This document shows, one piece after another, positions 35,165 through 49,838 of a DNA stretch of 64,000 nucleotides (positions within the stretch are counted from its first letter, which is position 1; every line of letters begins with the position of its first letter). Source of the stretch: Podarcis tiliguerta (Eukaryota). The translations under genes were made by a program, and so were the position numbers. The notes under the pieces are model-generated. The model saw nothing but the letters and a program-made list of their open reading frames with translations. It made no database searches and had not been told where the DNA came from. The stretch lies in NCBI GenBank assembly GCA_965153285.1, contig OZ229115.1; one strand, given 5' to 3'.

Positions 35165-36340
35165 GGTGAAGTCAAACCATAGGACAGTTATAGCACCTGC
35201 TGTGGCTGTAGAGACCAATACGGGGGAGAGATGTTGCAGCTGGGGCAGATGAAGAAGTCCAGCAGTCATTCCTCCCTGGTCACTGCTTTGGATAGACAAC
35301 CTGACTGCCTCCAAGCACTGTGGTCATCTGCAAGGGATTCCCACACGGTGGGGTTTATGATGTCAGCCTCCATGCCTTGTTTGCAGACATCTTGGTCTGC
35401 TAACAGGCCTGGTGCCTGAAGCCAGCTCCCCATAGAGGATGTCCTTGGGGACCCTGCTGTCTTCCATTCTGTGGACATGACCAAGCCAATGTAGACGTGT
35501 CTGAGACAGGAGTCTAGTTCCTCGTAGAACTGGTCCCTGGTCTGTATTTCAGAGCACATAGTGGGAGTGTAGATGCTCAAGACGTTAACCGGACAGGAAG
35601 TGGTTGAAAAGCAGAGGGAAAGCAAGCATTCTGAGCCCTCTGTCAGCTGTTCTATTGCAGGCAGATGGGAGTTCCTTATTGCAAAGCCTATGCCACAAAT
35701 ACGTGGTTCTTCTGGGTTCCCTCCTTGCCAGAAGAAGGTGTAAGTTCTTCTCTCTGAGGCAGCCATTTGAAGTGAGTCTGGCCTCCTGTAGAGTGGCAAT
35801 GGCAATGTTGAGCATTTTCAGCTCAATGTTGGCTTGTCTTTCAGGAGTTATTGACCTGCAGCAGGTTGGTGAACAAGCCAGGACACATAGTCCTGATGTT
35901 CCAGCATGCTAGGTGCAAGAGAGTTTATTTCTTTTTTGCCTAGTGCAGTTGTTTGGTCTGCTTGTTGAGTGACACCCAGTGAGACACAATGATCTCTCCC
36001 ACCAACCAAGGCAACTCATAGAGCTTATAACTTACACTTGCACCAATCAGGTTGAGCTTCCACCTTCTAACTGCTGTCTCCGTGCTTTTTGTTGTATTTG
36101 CAGCACAAAAGTGATTTTACTGAAGTGCAAGTCTGGGCAATGTTTATGGGGGTCCTGGGCTGCCCAGATGACAAGGCCTCCCTCTTGGCCTCACTGTTGT
36201 GGTCCAAAGGAAAGCAGAGCAATACATTTGGCACCAGCTTGGCTGTGGGAGTTGTCGAAAAGAGGCCATTCAACTGGAAAGATGCCATCCAACCATCTTA
36301 GGGGCTCCACTCCAAAGTTGTGTAGGTTTTAGAGCTGTTA
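35165..36340 (-). mobile_element. Internally deleted RTE-clade LINE (endonuclease N-terminus joined to ORF C-terminus)
   Basis: Minus strand encodes APE motifs (IATLQEARL, YTFFWQG, GIGFAI, DQFYEEL), then RLHWLGHVHRMEDSRVPKDILYGEL and a CPSC…RIGLYSHSRC tail. Outer ends approximate. Confidence 0.8.
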
Positions 36341-38997
36341 GCCTATCCCTGCCTCACTTTAATCATGTCAGCATAGTTAGTAGGTGGTGGCTGCAATGCT
36401 CCAAATAGATCAAAGAGGGCAAAACTACAGGCCGTGGAGCAAGTCCCTCTGTATATGTGTTGTTGTAGAAAGAGGGTGTCCTGTTTCACTCTGAATCATT
36501 TCCTTATACACCTTAGAGACTCCTAATGGTTGTAGATTTTTGTCTCTTGCTTCAACTAATTATTATCCTAACATCTCCATTGCAGAACCAGAAATATCAC
36601 CCAGCATTTTTGGCACTCAGCATTTCCTTCCCCTAATTCTATCCTGCTGGATTGATTTACGACTCCCAGACTGCCATGCACCCTTCCTTATTTGGGAAGC
36701 CACAAAGAAGTCAGTTACCGAAGAAGCCCTGCAGATTCTGCTTAGCAACCACCTGCTAAGGCAATATGTTCATTGTTGCCCCTTGAAAGGATAATGAAAG
36801 ACTAGCAAATGCTTCCAAGCATCTGAGCTGCATCTTTTCCAACTCTTCCTTTCCAACCATCTGCCATAGCATTAGAACCTATCAGACACTCTAGCAAGGT
36901 GCAGATATTTAGTTGCATGATGATGGTTACAGCTAGAAAAGAGCAGCGTGGCTTGTCCCTCACTGTATCTCCTTTCTGCTCTCCAAGTATCCTGCCATGC
37001 CTCTCACTTCCAAAATCCTCCTTGGCCATCTGACCACAGAACAAAGACCCCACTGGGGTTTGCTAAGAGACTGCCTGTCACTTTAAGAGCTCAAAGCAAG
37101 TATGACAGCAAGTGTGCAGTAGCAGCACCTCCTGCCCTGCTAATTAATTTGCTCACCCTTCTCTCTTGTCTCCTGTAGCAAGCAGGGTGCAAGTAAGGGA
37201 AGAGATCATTGGAGCACGAGGTACAACTGCATACTCAGTCACTGCCATCAAGCTCCTGTGGCAGCAAGGGATTTCTGGAGGGTGAGCTCCTCAGTTATCC
37301 CCAGTTGCTTTCCTTCCAGGCATTCATTGGGCCCATCAAAACTACATGCAAGTTCCCACAGCCATATCTGCTTACTGTGCTGCAATATGTCTTAGAAGTT
37401 GGAAGCTTTCTTTTCAGTGACAGGCGTGACTCTGCAATTTGACGCATTGCCAGTGATTGATTCAGAAGCCATTCTTTTCCCATTTAAGAAGTTTTTTTGA
37501 CTTTGTATTGGTCAATGGCTGTGTTAACATGAGTGCTGCCATCATTAATACACTGGTAGTACACTAATGCACTAGCTTGCTATGGTTATGCTAGAGCACT
37601 GCCTGGAGTTCAGGGTTTAGGAATCATAATCTCTTGATGGGCACAGCAAACATGCTTAAACCAAACCATGTAGCTAGCAAGGTTTGCATCATCCCAGCCT
37701 GCTAAAAAAGTAGAGACATTGCCAACTTCTTCTCTAGCTGTGCTCCTGCACCTTTAACAAAAGGAATATTATCCTTTCAGTCGTTGGACCTGCCAAGAAA
37801 AGCTTCACCTGCTGAATTTCTGCTGGCCATACAGGAACTCTTCCAGGAAAAAAGTTGACAACTCTTTATTCAAATTGGTGTCTGTTCTCCTCCCTGCCTA
37901 AAAAATCCCACCCCATACATACAGGCTGCTGTTGCTGTCTTAGATTGGGTAATGTGAGGTTCTTGTTGGGCCCAAATTGCAAGAGTGAATGTGCACATCC
38001 CAGTACGGCAAAACTGTTTTGCCCGTGGACAGAGGAGAGGAGTTAGGTAACAGTGGGATTTGCCCTTTACTTGGTGTGGCTCATCTGAAAAAAACTGCTT
38101 GATGGGTTTCAGCTGCATTTTGGGCACCTCTCTTTCCCTGCCTTATTTACTCATTTGCCCGCCATTAAGGGGGAAACAGGTGCACATTAATTCATCAGCA
38201 GTGTTTAAATTAAATCATTTCACTTCTAAACAAGTCACTCATTTGCAGGCGTATTTAATTAGCACTTCTTCACTGCCAGGTGGATGCTGCTTTTCTCACC
38301 TGTTTGCCCTCTTATGGGGTCATTGGTGATAGAACATGGGAGATTTTTCACCTCCGCATTGCAGAGCAAGACAATTGCTGTAGTGGTACTGCTGATGCTA
38401 CACTCTGGGGGATCAGGTGAAGCTATGCCATCCTCGTCTTTATCTTCCATGTCATTGCAGCCGTCTCAGTGTGACTCTGACTGAGCAGAGGTGTGTTTTG
38501 TGCTTCAGTCTCTACCCTTAGGGCAAGGCCTCCAGGAGGGTTCTGAAGGAGGCTTTTCTGCACAGAGGTTCTAAAGTGATGTGGCCTACTTTATATCCCA
38601 GTATAGGACCACATATGGCTCGCAGAATGAATTGAAACAAACGTGGCTTAAAGACACACAAGCAATATAAGATTTTTTTTAAAAAAATAAATAACTCTAT
38701 TAAAAAGAGCACCAAAAACACTCAAAACAATTTAAAAGCACACACAAAAAGAAAAATGTGTAGAACCCCCACCTTCAGAATACACTGCCACAGCAGCCAG
38801 TAAATGACCAAAGGCCTGTCTAGACAAGTATTTGCCTGCCAGCTAAAGGAAAGCTGGGTGGGGGGCAGCCTAACCTACTGTGGAAGAGATATCCACAATC
38901 TTGGAACAACCACCGAGAAGGCCCTCTCTTCTCACCAAATGCACCTGTGAAAGTGCACTACTGCCCATTCATCACTTTGTATCTTACCAGTGCAATG

Positions 38998-39044
<47 letters not shown>
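38998..39044. repeat. Compound (GT)n(GA)n microsatellite
   Basis: Seen directly. Confidence 0.95.
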
Positions 39045-39048
<4 letters not shown>

Positions 39049-40897
39049 CATCTTCCTACTTGTTTGCTGAAGATATTACCATATTTATTGAAATGTGGCC
39101 TGAAATATAATATTAGGCTTGGGATGGGCTATATTTGCTATGCTTGTCTTGAGCTGAAAAAAAAATCTCTTCCCTACCATTGATTTATTGCAAAGAGAGG
39201 ATAGTTTACAAAAAACACAAATGGAATTCCTCTCTGCTAGGGGAAAACAAAAGACATCTGGGTGCCAAATGGACAGGTCCCGGTAGCTATGGACCAAAAA
39301 CCTGGCTTGTTTCTGTTATGTGTGACATGTGCTTAGTGTGAGTTGAGCCCTAGCCTTGAGCTGCAGAGAGCTGGGCTGTGTCTACTCCTGCCACTTTGCA
39401 CTGCACTGCCTGCTTATTACTCTGATAATAGAAGATTATAGGGTTCCTGTTGGAAACGTCTATTTACATCCTGCATTTCCCAAACCACCTATTAGCAGTG
39501 CTGTGATGTCATATCCTCCCTGCTGAGACAGTGGAAATCTCTTTTGTGTGCTGCATTGCTCTTCTTTGAAAGGAATACCCATTGCCACTGAACCTAACAT
39601 GGGATGCTGTTTTCCTGAAAGGCCTGTGCAATTTCTTGGACTTAAACCTGTCATTCCTCCAAGTGAACCAGCCCGTGTGCGTTTTTGTTTATGACTGCCT
39701 CAGCCTGTTGCTCCTGTAAATGCAGTGGGAGAAAAGCCCTTAGACAAGGAAACTTCCCAGCAGTGGTTGGGAGGAGTCAGACTGGGGGAAGTGCCAACAC
39801 TACCTACACTGAGCTGCTTTGACTTTGTTGCTCATGTGCATTCTACTATTCTATAAAGTGCTTGCTCTGGTTTTGCTCAGACAGTTTTGTCTGTCATGCT
39901 GTGCCTGTGGGAAACTGAAAAAGCAGCTCTCTGTCCATTGCAGTCTGTACCATGTAGGACTGTTACCTAAATTGCCATGTCAGGCATGAAACAGATCGCA
40001 TGCCAAGTGTTAACTGGATATCGCAATCGAGTGTTTTAAGTTTTGCTGGAGAGCAAGCAGTAGTTGCCGACCTAGTCCTGCCAACTACACTGAGAATTGT
40101 GGCAAAAACATTGATCAAAGCAGACCAGTGCATTGGATACATATGCTTGGATGGGCACAGCTTCTCCAGCATTTGCTCCATGAACCCATGTTGAAGATGC
40201 AGGTGTGAGTTCTCAGAAATGAAGGAACTTGTACATAGAATTATAGAGTATGATCCAGCTGAGAGAGATTTCTCTGGCTGAGCCCACGTAAGAGGAACCA
40301 ACTGCTAAAGTTCCTATTTAAATTCCACCTGAGTGCTTCTCCACAACCTGTTTCCCGTAGGAAGCAGGAAAGGAACATTTACTCTGCAGTCCTGTACTTC
40401 TGTAGGACAATGTAGGGTTGAATGGTGTTTTTCCTTCCTTTCATTGCTCTTTAGTTTTCTGGCAGTTGCACATTTGACTTACTGTAAAAAAAACCCTCCC
40501 TTTTTACTAGTAGCTCTGGTTAGTCTGACACGGTAGATATCACTGTGGCAGAAGGGGAGAGAGGACTTAAGCGTTCAGGGATTTGGGTCTGGTTTAAAGG
40601 CCAAATTTATATGGTGATCTGCAAAAGGGTCTAGGTACCAGGGTGGTTGTATCTTTGCTGCAGAGTGCTGTTGGAAGGAATTTGCAGGATTGAAACAACA
40701 ATTGGAATAAATTATTAACTCTTAATCCAAACACAGAGCACGTTCCAAGATGCTTTATTCCCAGATGATTATTTGCCACATCAAGTGGTGGGAAAGCAGC
40801 TGGAGAGGTTGCAAGGAAAAGGTTGATTATATACACACCATTTCCTCCCTACATATCATGCCTCACTGGTGTGCAGAGGAGAAAGAGAGACTTGCAT

Positions 40898-41160
40898 TAG
40901 AATCATAGAGTTGGAAGAGATCTTTGAGATCATCTCATCTAGCCTGCTGAATGCGCAATTTATAATGCATGATTAAACTACAGCACTTCTGACAGACCTA
41001 CTGAAATTCCTCCAGCAAAGGAGAGCCCATCACCTTCCAAGGCTCTCTGTTCACTGTCAAAACAGTTCTTACCATTAGCAAGTTTCTCCTAATATTTGGT
41101 CAAAAAATGCTCCCTTGCAATTTTCATGCAATGGTTCTAATCCTGCCATCTGGAGCAACA
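40898..41160 (-). mobile_element. CR1 LINE 3' fragment
   Basis: tagaatcatagagttggaagag…ggagagcccatcaccttccaaggc…cagttcttaccattagcaagtttctccta. Confidence 0.7.
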
Positions 41161-41775
41161 CAGACTCATCCTAGATGCACAGACCCATCCTAGATGCAAA
41201 CAGCACTGTTCATGCCTAAAATAGAATATATCTGCTATACATGTTTGCTTCTGCTTCAAGCTTCTTCTTAAAGATGTTACAGTATTTTGCCCAATAATGC
41301 CTCTAAGACAGTTGGGAGTTTATTTTTTCACTGGGCACAGATTTGCAGAGATGTTGCACATCAGAGGATTTACTCATGAGACAACTTTCACCAACTCAAG
41401 ATGAATCACTGTTTTTGACTTTCAGAGAATTCACACAGTGCAAAAAGAATTTAATTGCTGCATTGATTGTAAAGGGCCAATTCAATTTTTGGGGTTGACT
41501 TTCAAGATAGGCAAGGCTCCCCCCCCTTTTTTGGGGGGGGGTCTGCCCAGACTGAATGTGCCGATGGCAAATCAATCTGAAAGCTGATTCACAAGATCTC
41601 GCATATGAAACTTTCTTTCCATACTGTTTCACATTCTAGGGTGGCTGGTGTTTATTTCAGAGTTGAAAGGTATACATGCACACAGAAGTGTGAAAGCTTG
41701 TAATCGTGCCATGAATTGACAGAGACAGAAAGAACTTGTGTTTTAGCACTCCTTTTCTCCTCTTCTTTGTTGCAG

Positions 41776-41899
41776 TCGATTGATCCCGGGCAGCAGTTCA
41801 CCTGGGAGAACTCCAACCTGGAAGTGAACAAACCAAAGAACCGCTATGCAAACGTGATTGCCTATGACCATTCACGTGTCATTCTGACCTCCATTGATG
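41776..41899 (+). CDS. PTPRF: PTPRF D1 exon (KNRY pTyr-recognition loop)
   Basis: tgcag| [41 protein letters not shown] |gtaagt; 124 nt. Confidence 0.97.
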
Positions 41900-42324
41900 G
41901 TAAGTGTTGTTAGCAGCACCTCACGCTAACAAAATTCTCAGTGCATCAGACCTGAGGTTCAAATCCCCGTTTCATGTGATGCCAAGTAACTGTACCATGT
42001 TCCACTGGCAGAATAACTTAGAGGGTATCATTCTGGTGGACTCAGTGACCCAAAGAGTTCATGGTTTCCTTACTGGTTTTTCCACTGAATCACTTGAGCA
42101 CATTCTGAGAAGCATTGCAAATCAACCTTTAAACACATTGCCATTCTAAAAACTTTTAAGGAAACAGAACTCAAGCAGCCCATCTCTGTCAGCAGTCATA
42201 TCTGGAGTCCCATCTGGGCAGCTTTTGCAGGCATCGATGGTTGGAAGGAGGTACACTTGGGTCTTGGTACTCCTCCAGATCCGCTACTTAATAAAGGTTG
42301 AAGACAGACAATAGCTTCTTCAGA

Positions 42325-42850
42325 GACCATAAGAAAAGCCTGCTGGATCCAGCCAATGGCCCATCTAGTTCAGCATCCTGTTTCACAGTGACCAACCAGA
42401 TGCCTACAGAAAGTCCACAGGCAGGATTCAAGCACAAGAGCCCTTTCCCTTCCTGTGGTTTCCAGCAACTGATATTCAGAAGCATTACTGCTTCCAACTG
42501 TGGAGACAGAGCATAGCCATTGTGTCTAGTAGCCACTGATAGCCCTCTCCTCCATGAATTTGTCTAATCTTTTAAAACCATTCAGGTTGGTGGCCATCAC
42601 TACCTCCTAGGGGAGAGATTTCCGTAGTTTAACTATGTGCTTTGTGAACAAGTTCTTTCTGTCTTTCATCTGTCCTGAATCTTCCAACATTCAGCTTCAC
42701 TGGATGTCTGCAGCTTCTGGTGTTATGAGACAGGAAGAAAACCTTCTCTATCCCCTTTCTCCATACCATGCATACTTTTATAAACTTCTATCATGTCACC
42801 TCTTACTCTCCTTTTCTCTAAACTAAAAAATGTAAAATGCTGCAAGCTTT
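42325..42850 (-). mobile_element. CR1-type LINE 3' fragment
   Basis: cataagaaaagcctgctggatccagccaatggcccatctagttcagcatcctg…ctccatgaatttgtctaatc…ggtggccatcactacctcc. Confidence 0.75.
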
Positions 42851-43008
42851 CTTGAAAGGTTGAAAGAGTGATCTTTGCTCCCCCCCCCCCTTGCATGGTT
42901 TACTCCTTCCTTTTCACCTCTGGTAAACAGGTTTGCAGGGTTTTGTCCACTTTCAGAACTGGAAACCCCATTTTATTAGTGAAAATTGGGCAGAAGTAAA
43001 GTGTGTTC

Positions 43009-43360
43009 CAGGGGTGGAGAGCATTTGCAGACTACAGGCTGTATTCTCCACTGGACAACCTTTCAGGGAACACATGCCAGTACTGGGTGGCAACTGAAGC
43101 AAAAATGGCAGAGCAGCAAATGTTAATGTTTTATCTTTTGTACAGCTGACTAGTTACATAACACCCCTTTGTATCCTCCACCCAGGCACGTGTAAGGCGT
43201 TATCAGAGTTCAATGACACATTCCAGCCAGGCAAAAACACTCAAAGAGAGTGTGATGCAGGGTCACTGAGGGGCATGCCTGGGGAGGGTGTACGGCAAGG
43301 ACCAGATGGAGAGGTTTGGGGGGCTGTGTTTGGCCCCCAGTCCAGAGGTCCCCCACCCCC
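43009..43360. mobile_element. Probable degraded hAT-family non-autonomous element
   Basis: caggggtgg start and …tttggccccc…gaggtcccccacccc end resemble hAT termini. Confidence 0.4.
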
Positions 43361-43490
43361 AGAGTACATTATAGGAAGCTCTCCCCAACCACTTTCACAT
43401 CTCTTAACAACTACTCCCTGTAGTACAGTCTGTTTCCACTACCAGCATGGTCCAAGATTCTGGCAACCCCTTGTTTTCTCAACCCCCTGA

Positions 43491-43775
<285 letters not shown>

Positions 43776-44300
43776 TGATATTAGTAGCAGCCTCATATGG
43801 TACTGTGACATGGGGCAAGGGGTCCTAAGTGCAGGCCTCTGAGGAAAATAGAATATAACATTATAGACAAAGATGGTACTAGGATTTTAATGCCAGCCTG
43901 ATCATCAAGAATAGCCTCCCCACCTTGACCAGTTCTAGAAATCCATAACTGAATACTTTTTATATCAGATTCCAACGGCCTAAATGAGTGATGTGACATG
44001 GGGGAATGGTAATTTCTATGGCTGTTTCACAGTCTGATGGAGTTTTTGCTTCATCAGTGAATCATGGTGGGAATCTTATCCCATAGAGCTACATACAAAG
44101 AATAAAAACTCAGTGGCTTCCTGTGTGAAACAGTGGCTTGAGAGGCAGGGCTGTGGAGCTCCTCTCCAGCCTTATGCTCAAAGGCATAATGCAGATGTTC
44201 AAAGGCATTCAAAGTGGGAGGAAGGAATCGGAACCATTGTGGCAAGTCCCCATCACCTTGCTGGACCCAACTTCCATTCATTAGAGGACAAGTTTCTATA

Positions 44301-44725
44301 CAGGCAACAACTCTTCATTTATGTGTGATGTATTTGCACACGACCAACACGTACAAGTAGTGCTGGGAACCCAGAAGATGAACCTGGAAATATGGAGCTC
44401 CCTGGACAGTCCTCCTGGCTCACGAGGAGACCTTCCCCAGAGCCCAAAGAGGACCTCAATGTGAGGTCAGCTCAGCTGATGCACGGGGAAGCAGCAACAG
44501 TGGCTGCGCCACCCCACATGTCAGCTGTTTGGCGGGGAGGTTGAGCAACTCAGTAAAGCCCCACTGCCCCTCCAGCTCGCAAGGAAACCCTCTTTGGTGG
44601 GTCTAGGGTGAGTCTCCATGCAAGTCACTAGGATTCTCCAAGTTGCTCCCCATTTTACACAATTTTACGTGTGCATGCAGGGGCCCAGAATGTAGCTACC
44701 ACATAAATGGATAGTTGCTTTTTAG
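44301..44725. mobile_element. Probable old Tc1/mariner-type non-autonomous element
   Basis: TA then caggcaacaactcttcatttatgtg versus cacataaatggatagttgc (imperfect TIR). Confidence 0.4.
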
Positions 44726-45546
44726 TATGATATGTGCTGGCAAAGGGGACGGGGGAGGCTCTTCATGAATAGGCTATTGTGCAGATGTGTCCTCCAACAC
44801 ATGGAGGTCAGACATAACAAATAGTGAGATCTGATTTCAATCCCTATCCCCATATTTACTCTTTGAATGTGCACAGGGATTTCTGAAGGGTTCTTTCACC
44901 CCCATATAGCTGTGCCCTTCCCAGTTGCCTGGGTGTCACTGAGCTTAAGATGCATATGTTTAAAGATATCCTCAGAGACATGGATTTCAGTGTGGAGAAC
45001 CTTGGGCGGAGGGTTCCCCAGAAAGTACCATCTTTTGTAGTGAACATTTATGCTCACAGAATATTTTATGTTTCCATGCCAACCACAGGGCAGGGAGATG
45101 TGCACTTGGACTGTGGTTTACTCGTCTCTTTAGTCAAATAGACTTGAGTCAGGAGATTGGAAATGGGGAATTTGCAGAGAGAGGGAAGTAGCTGAATGAA
45201 GGGGGGTGATGTATGTGGAGGGAGAAAAGACAAACGCAGGCATGTATCCTTCCTTGCTTTGCTGAGTTTTATTGCTGAAAGCAGAACACCAGTGCTTTGT
45301 GTGATAAGAGGACAACAGAACTGAGTTACAGAGAGTGCAATAGGGACCAGCCTATGCTCCATCCTAGGCAAAAAGGAATCAACCCCAGATTCTTGTAGAA
45401 AAAGCTTGTCGGTATTGATGGATGGTGGGGGGGGGTACCTGTTAAGTGTATCTCTCCCTGCCCCCTTAAGCATTCAGTCAGCAGTGTGAAAGTAGCCTCC
45501 TTCATCGTGGATTTGCACAGCTGTTGCTAAGTCTTTGCCAGTGCCT

Positions 45547-46060
45547 AATAAGAAATGCTAGGCTGGATCAGACCAGTGGTCCATATAGTTGACTTCCTGA
45601 CACTGCCCCCACCCCCAGATATAATAGACATTTTTACAAAGTAGGAATGAAAATGAGAATCTGTTCTCTGTTGCTATTCTCCCACCATCTGACGTAGTGG
45701 CCATTTATGTTTCTTTCCTTCCCATATTTTATCTAGCCTGATTTGAAAACAATTTGTTCTAGCTCCATAACAGCATTCTGCAGCGAAGTTAATCATGCAT
45801 TCTGTAGCAAAGTTTGTTTAACTAAAAAACCATTCGTTTTAATTTCAATGAATAGCCTCAAGGTTTATGACAATTTCCCCTTGTCATTCTTCCTATACCA
45901 TTCTTGATCTCTATCCAGCCCCTCCTCAGTAATGTTTTTCCCCCAAAGCTAAATAACCCTCAAAACCTTTTTCCACAAGGATGATTGACCTGTTGTATTT
46001 TCTTGTCCTTTTCTGTACCAGCTGCTGTCCTATAATGTCCCTTTTTTTGTGGGGAGGGCA
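45547..46060 (-). mobile_element. Older CR1-type LINE 3' fragment
   Basis: aataagaaatgctaggctggatcagaccagtggtccat…, a diverged relative of 42325-42850. Confidence 0.5.
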
Positions 46061-46917
46061 ACCAGAGTGATACTTAACTTAAAGCTAACCTAGTTTTCTG
46101 GAGTAGGTAATGGCTGCTGCAAACATACCAAAGTGGCGGCAACTTTGTGTGCCAAGCAACTTTGTGCATGAAGCAGTTCCCCACCACCACTCCAATGCGA
46201 TTCTTCTCCTTCACGTTTGTCTTGAGAGAGCTAAAATTGCGAGAATAGGTTGGGAGTTAGTTTGCACAAAAAGTTTGCCAAGTAGACATGCCTCCATGTG
46301 CTTGCATTTAAGCAGCAGACACAGTATTTGTCTGTGGTTATTAACTGGGCCATGGAACTCCAATACAGGCTTTTCAGTTTTAGAATAGTGCTTGCATTTA
46401 AGGTAAACATGAAATGACCCTTTTTTGTGTGTCAGAATAAATGAATATCCAAAGTCCAGTTTGCTTTGTTTTGGGGCTGTCCAGCTATCAGAAGATGCTC
46501 CACAGAGTGTGTTTCTCCAAGATAACATGTTCTGTAAGGCCCTTTGGGCACTTGACTCTCTCCTGCCTTGCTGCTTGTTGAGATGCACATTATCTCCTAG
46601 TAGCACACTTCCCCTCCTCCCCCTCCTAATTACTTCCTATGAAATGGAGGATGCAGTAGTACCCTCAAGGTGACATACTTCAGTGAGTTAGCATACCATC
46701 CAGCCAAGTATGGTGGGTGGGGAAGATTCACTGACACACTTGTTCGTCTGCATTGAACTGAGTTCATACCACTACTCTTTAGAAGCCTGCCTTACTACCA
46801 GTCACAGATATGATGCACCCACATCAAGGGAACCGTCAATTAAGTAGTCATAGTAGCTTCAGGGTGGAATCAGACAAACAGGTACCTGATGGGTGGGAGT
46901 AAAAGATTGATCTAAAC

Positions 46918-47053
46918 CAGGCATAGGCAAACTTGGCCCTCCAGATGTTTTGGGACTACAATTCCCATCACCCCTGACCACTGGTCCTGTTAACCAGGGA
47001 TGATTGGAGTTGTAGTCCCAAAACATCTGGAGGGCCAAGTTTGCCTATGCGTG
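46918..47053. mobile_element. hAT-type MITE, long near-perfect hairpin
   Basis: caggcataggcaaacttggccctccagatgttttgggactacaa / ttgtagtcccaaaacatctggagggccaagtttgcctatgcgtg; imperfect 8-bp TSD atctaaac / atcttaaac. Confidence 0.85.
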
Positions 47054-49838
47054 ATCTTAAACGCTAGCCTAGCACTTAGGGATTCTCCAAGTGAAAGGGT
47101 TCACTTTTAACATCTGTCTTTTTCAGTGCTAGCTCAAGCTTGCCCCTTTTCTTATCTCCAAGCTATCTCCCAGCCTAGGACCTTTGAGAGCAGTTTCAGA
47201 TGAGTGCTAGCAGGTAGCACTTTCTCAGGCCCAGCAGCAATGCTGTGTGTGGGTATTGTTGCTCTGGACTTTGACCTCGTGGATTTGGGGAGCTCAATGC
47301 TTCAAAAGATTTCCACATCTTCTGAAGGGCAAGCAATATGGGGGGGAGGTATCTATTTGGTGCCTTGTTATGACCTGCAGGGCCTGGCAGCTTGCTGGTA
47401 CATATCATCCTCACCTTTCATGTTTGCATACTACATAAAAGCATATTCATTCACTGCCTCCAAAGCTTCTGCAGTTGGCAGCAGAATCAGCAATATGTGA
47501 GTCTCCAGGGCCCTATGTGTTCTGGGGAACTGGCCCAGACTGCCTTTTCCATAGGAAACTTCCCTTGCACTCTCCCAGTTTCTGCACCGCTCAGTAGAAA
47601 GTGCCCTGAAACCCAGGTATATTAGAGACCTCTCATCCCATTTTGCAGACAGTGGGTCTTGGGATGTGGCCTGCCTGGTAAAGATATATTCTAAACCGGC
47701 TGTTCTTCCTTTGTAGCACTTGTATTAAGGGGGTCTCCTTATTTTCCCAGCGATTGAGGGAGCCACTGGGCACTGCCAGCAGTAAATGAATTTCCAGGTT
47801 GTAAGCGTGTTCGTGACATTAATGAGAAGCGAGTGATGCCAGAAGAAAGACTCTCTTATCTGGTTTAGTGCCATCGTGCATCAGCTTCAGCATAAAATTT
47901 ACAGAGCTTGAAAATGGGGCATAAACATTATGGGTAAATTTGGCAGAAAATGTGAGTGACTCTTATCTGGTCATGAATAAATAATTTTCAATTACCAGTT
48001 TGGGCTTTGCTATTAAACCCTAGGATAGAGTACTTGAAAGTTTGTTTTGTGTTTGAACATAAACACTGTAGTCTCCCCAGAGCTGGGCAGGAAAAGGGTG
48101 ACATTTGCTGAAGAAGCAGTTGGACACAGCCAGGCCTGCGCTGCCATTTGCTATATTAGCTGTCACTTGGGCGAGACAGCTTACCAGTAAGCCAGACAAC
48201 AGACCTTCCTTCTTGAGCACATACTTCTGTGATCTCAGGAGAACCAGGATCCCAGCTACCTGTAGCTCCTCTACAGACTTCCCCAACTGCCCAGGAAGTT
48301 GCTTCTGACCTTAAGCAGTGATTCTGAAGTGGAAGAAGTTGCACCCCAGCAGTTCTAGGGTGCACTTAAATCTCTTATCTAGGAATGTTTACTAAGCCCA
48401 CCCATTAAAATATCCTCAATTAATAGGCGGAACACCAATGATTTCTAATTAGAGTGTTGTTCCATGTCCTCCATTCCCTAGAAACACACACAGCTAATAA
48501 TTGAGCTTACCATTACTTGACAGGTCCAGATGATCCTCATTCATTCTCCCTTGTAGAGGTTCTGTTGTAGCCAGGCTTTAGTTGGGAAGGAAAAATAGGG
48601 AGAGGCAGAATAGGAAGCAGAGTACAAGGGACGGGTGGGTGGATAGGTGAAGCAGGAGGTGGAGAGGAATAGCAGCAGATACACACTGAATTTAGTTTTT
48701 AAAATATGGAAGATTTGGGCAAAGGAACAAGACATCTTCCCTGTCACCTCTCTCCACTATGGAATAGAGGAGCAAGTCTATACAGAGAGCAATTTACATG
48801 CAGGAAAATATGTTAGTGCTTCCCACTAATGCATCTTAGTTAAATGGGAGTGGGAAAATTCATCCTTGCTGTGTGGACTGCCCACAGCGCAGTTATAGAC
48901 AGGAAGTACACTTCCAGGTCTTGGGCTTTGACAAAGAGAGAGCACTAGATGAAAATATGGTTTATAGCTTGATGCATCTCTCACATATTTGGCACCTTCC
49001 CAGCAAAGCAGGCCAATCCTACTTCAGCAGAGAGCAGCATTTTCAGCTATCCTTTAGAGGGGCTCCTTCTAGCAGGCATACACAGACATTTCTTCGGGGC
49101 CTGGAGAAGCTCAATATAAAACCCCCAAAATGTCCATTCTGTGGCTCCATTTGACTCTTTTCTCTTGCTAGACTTTTTTTTTTTTTTTGTTCAAACTGGC
49201 TGTCTCAGTTGCCCTTCAAGAATCTACTACTCCGTCCCCACTTAGAGGATCTTCTCCCCTCCTGCTGTCTCCTGGAGAGGACATTGCCAGTGACCGTCAT
49301 GGCAGGAACCCTGGCAGATTCCCAAGCAGAGGATGATAGACTGTGGCCAGGCTTCCCACATCCACCACTGAGGGGGAGGAAAGATCAGTACATTTGTCTA
49401 CAGACACCAATCTTCTCAAAGAGCAGGGAAAGGACAGAAAATTACAGGGGAAGAAATTGCTTTTGAATAGACCATTTCTCTCTGTTGCCCTCCCCTTGCC
49501 CATTAACATTCTTGCTCCTTATTCCTACCTTTGAGCACCAAGCATCTTGTCTTTCCTTGTTTCCTACCAGACCATCCAGTATTACTGGCCTTTTGCAGAA
49601 CAAAGTAGAGGGTCAAACAAAAATACCTACTTGCTTTGTAAACCTCAGCCAAATGCAGTAAAGCTGTTTTGCATTTCTACACTACTCAGAGTGGGTCCAC
49701 ACCAGCCATTGGCTCCTAGCAGGGGCAATTTGAGTAAGGCGAGAAAACCAGGCTCTGAGGCATCTTAGGGGCATATGTGGAGCCTATTGATAACTTCACC
49801 CCCAAACACTGACCCATTATTCCTTTTTCTCATTGCAG

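Noticed and set aside
12770-41200. Short local tandem duplications (12770-12799, 18620-18650, 30623-30657, 41160-41198)
   Set aside because: Two-copy 15-19-bp duplications typical of replication slippage; no sign of function.
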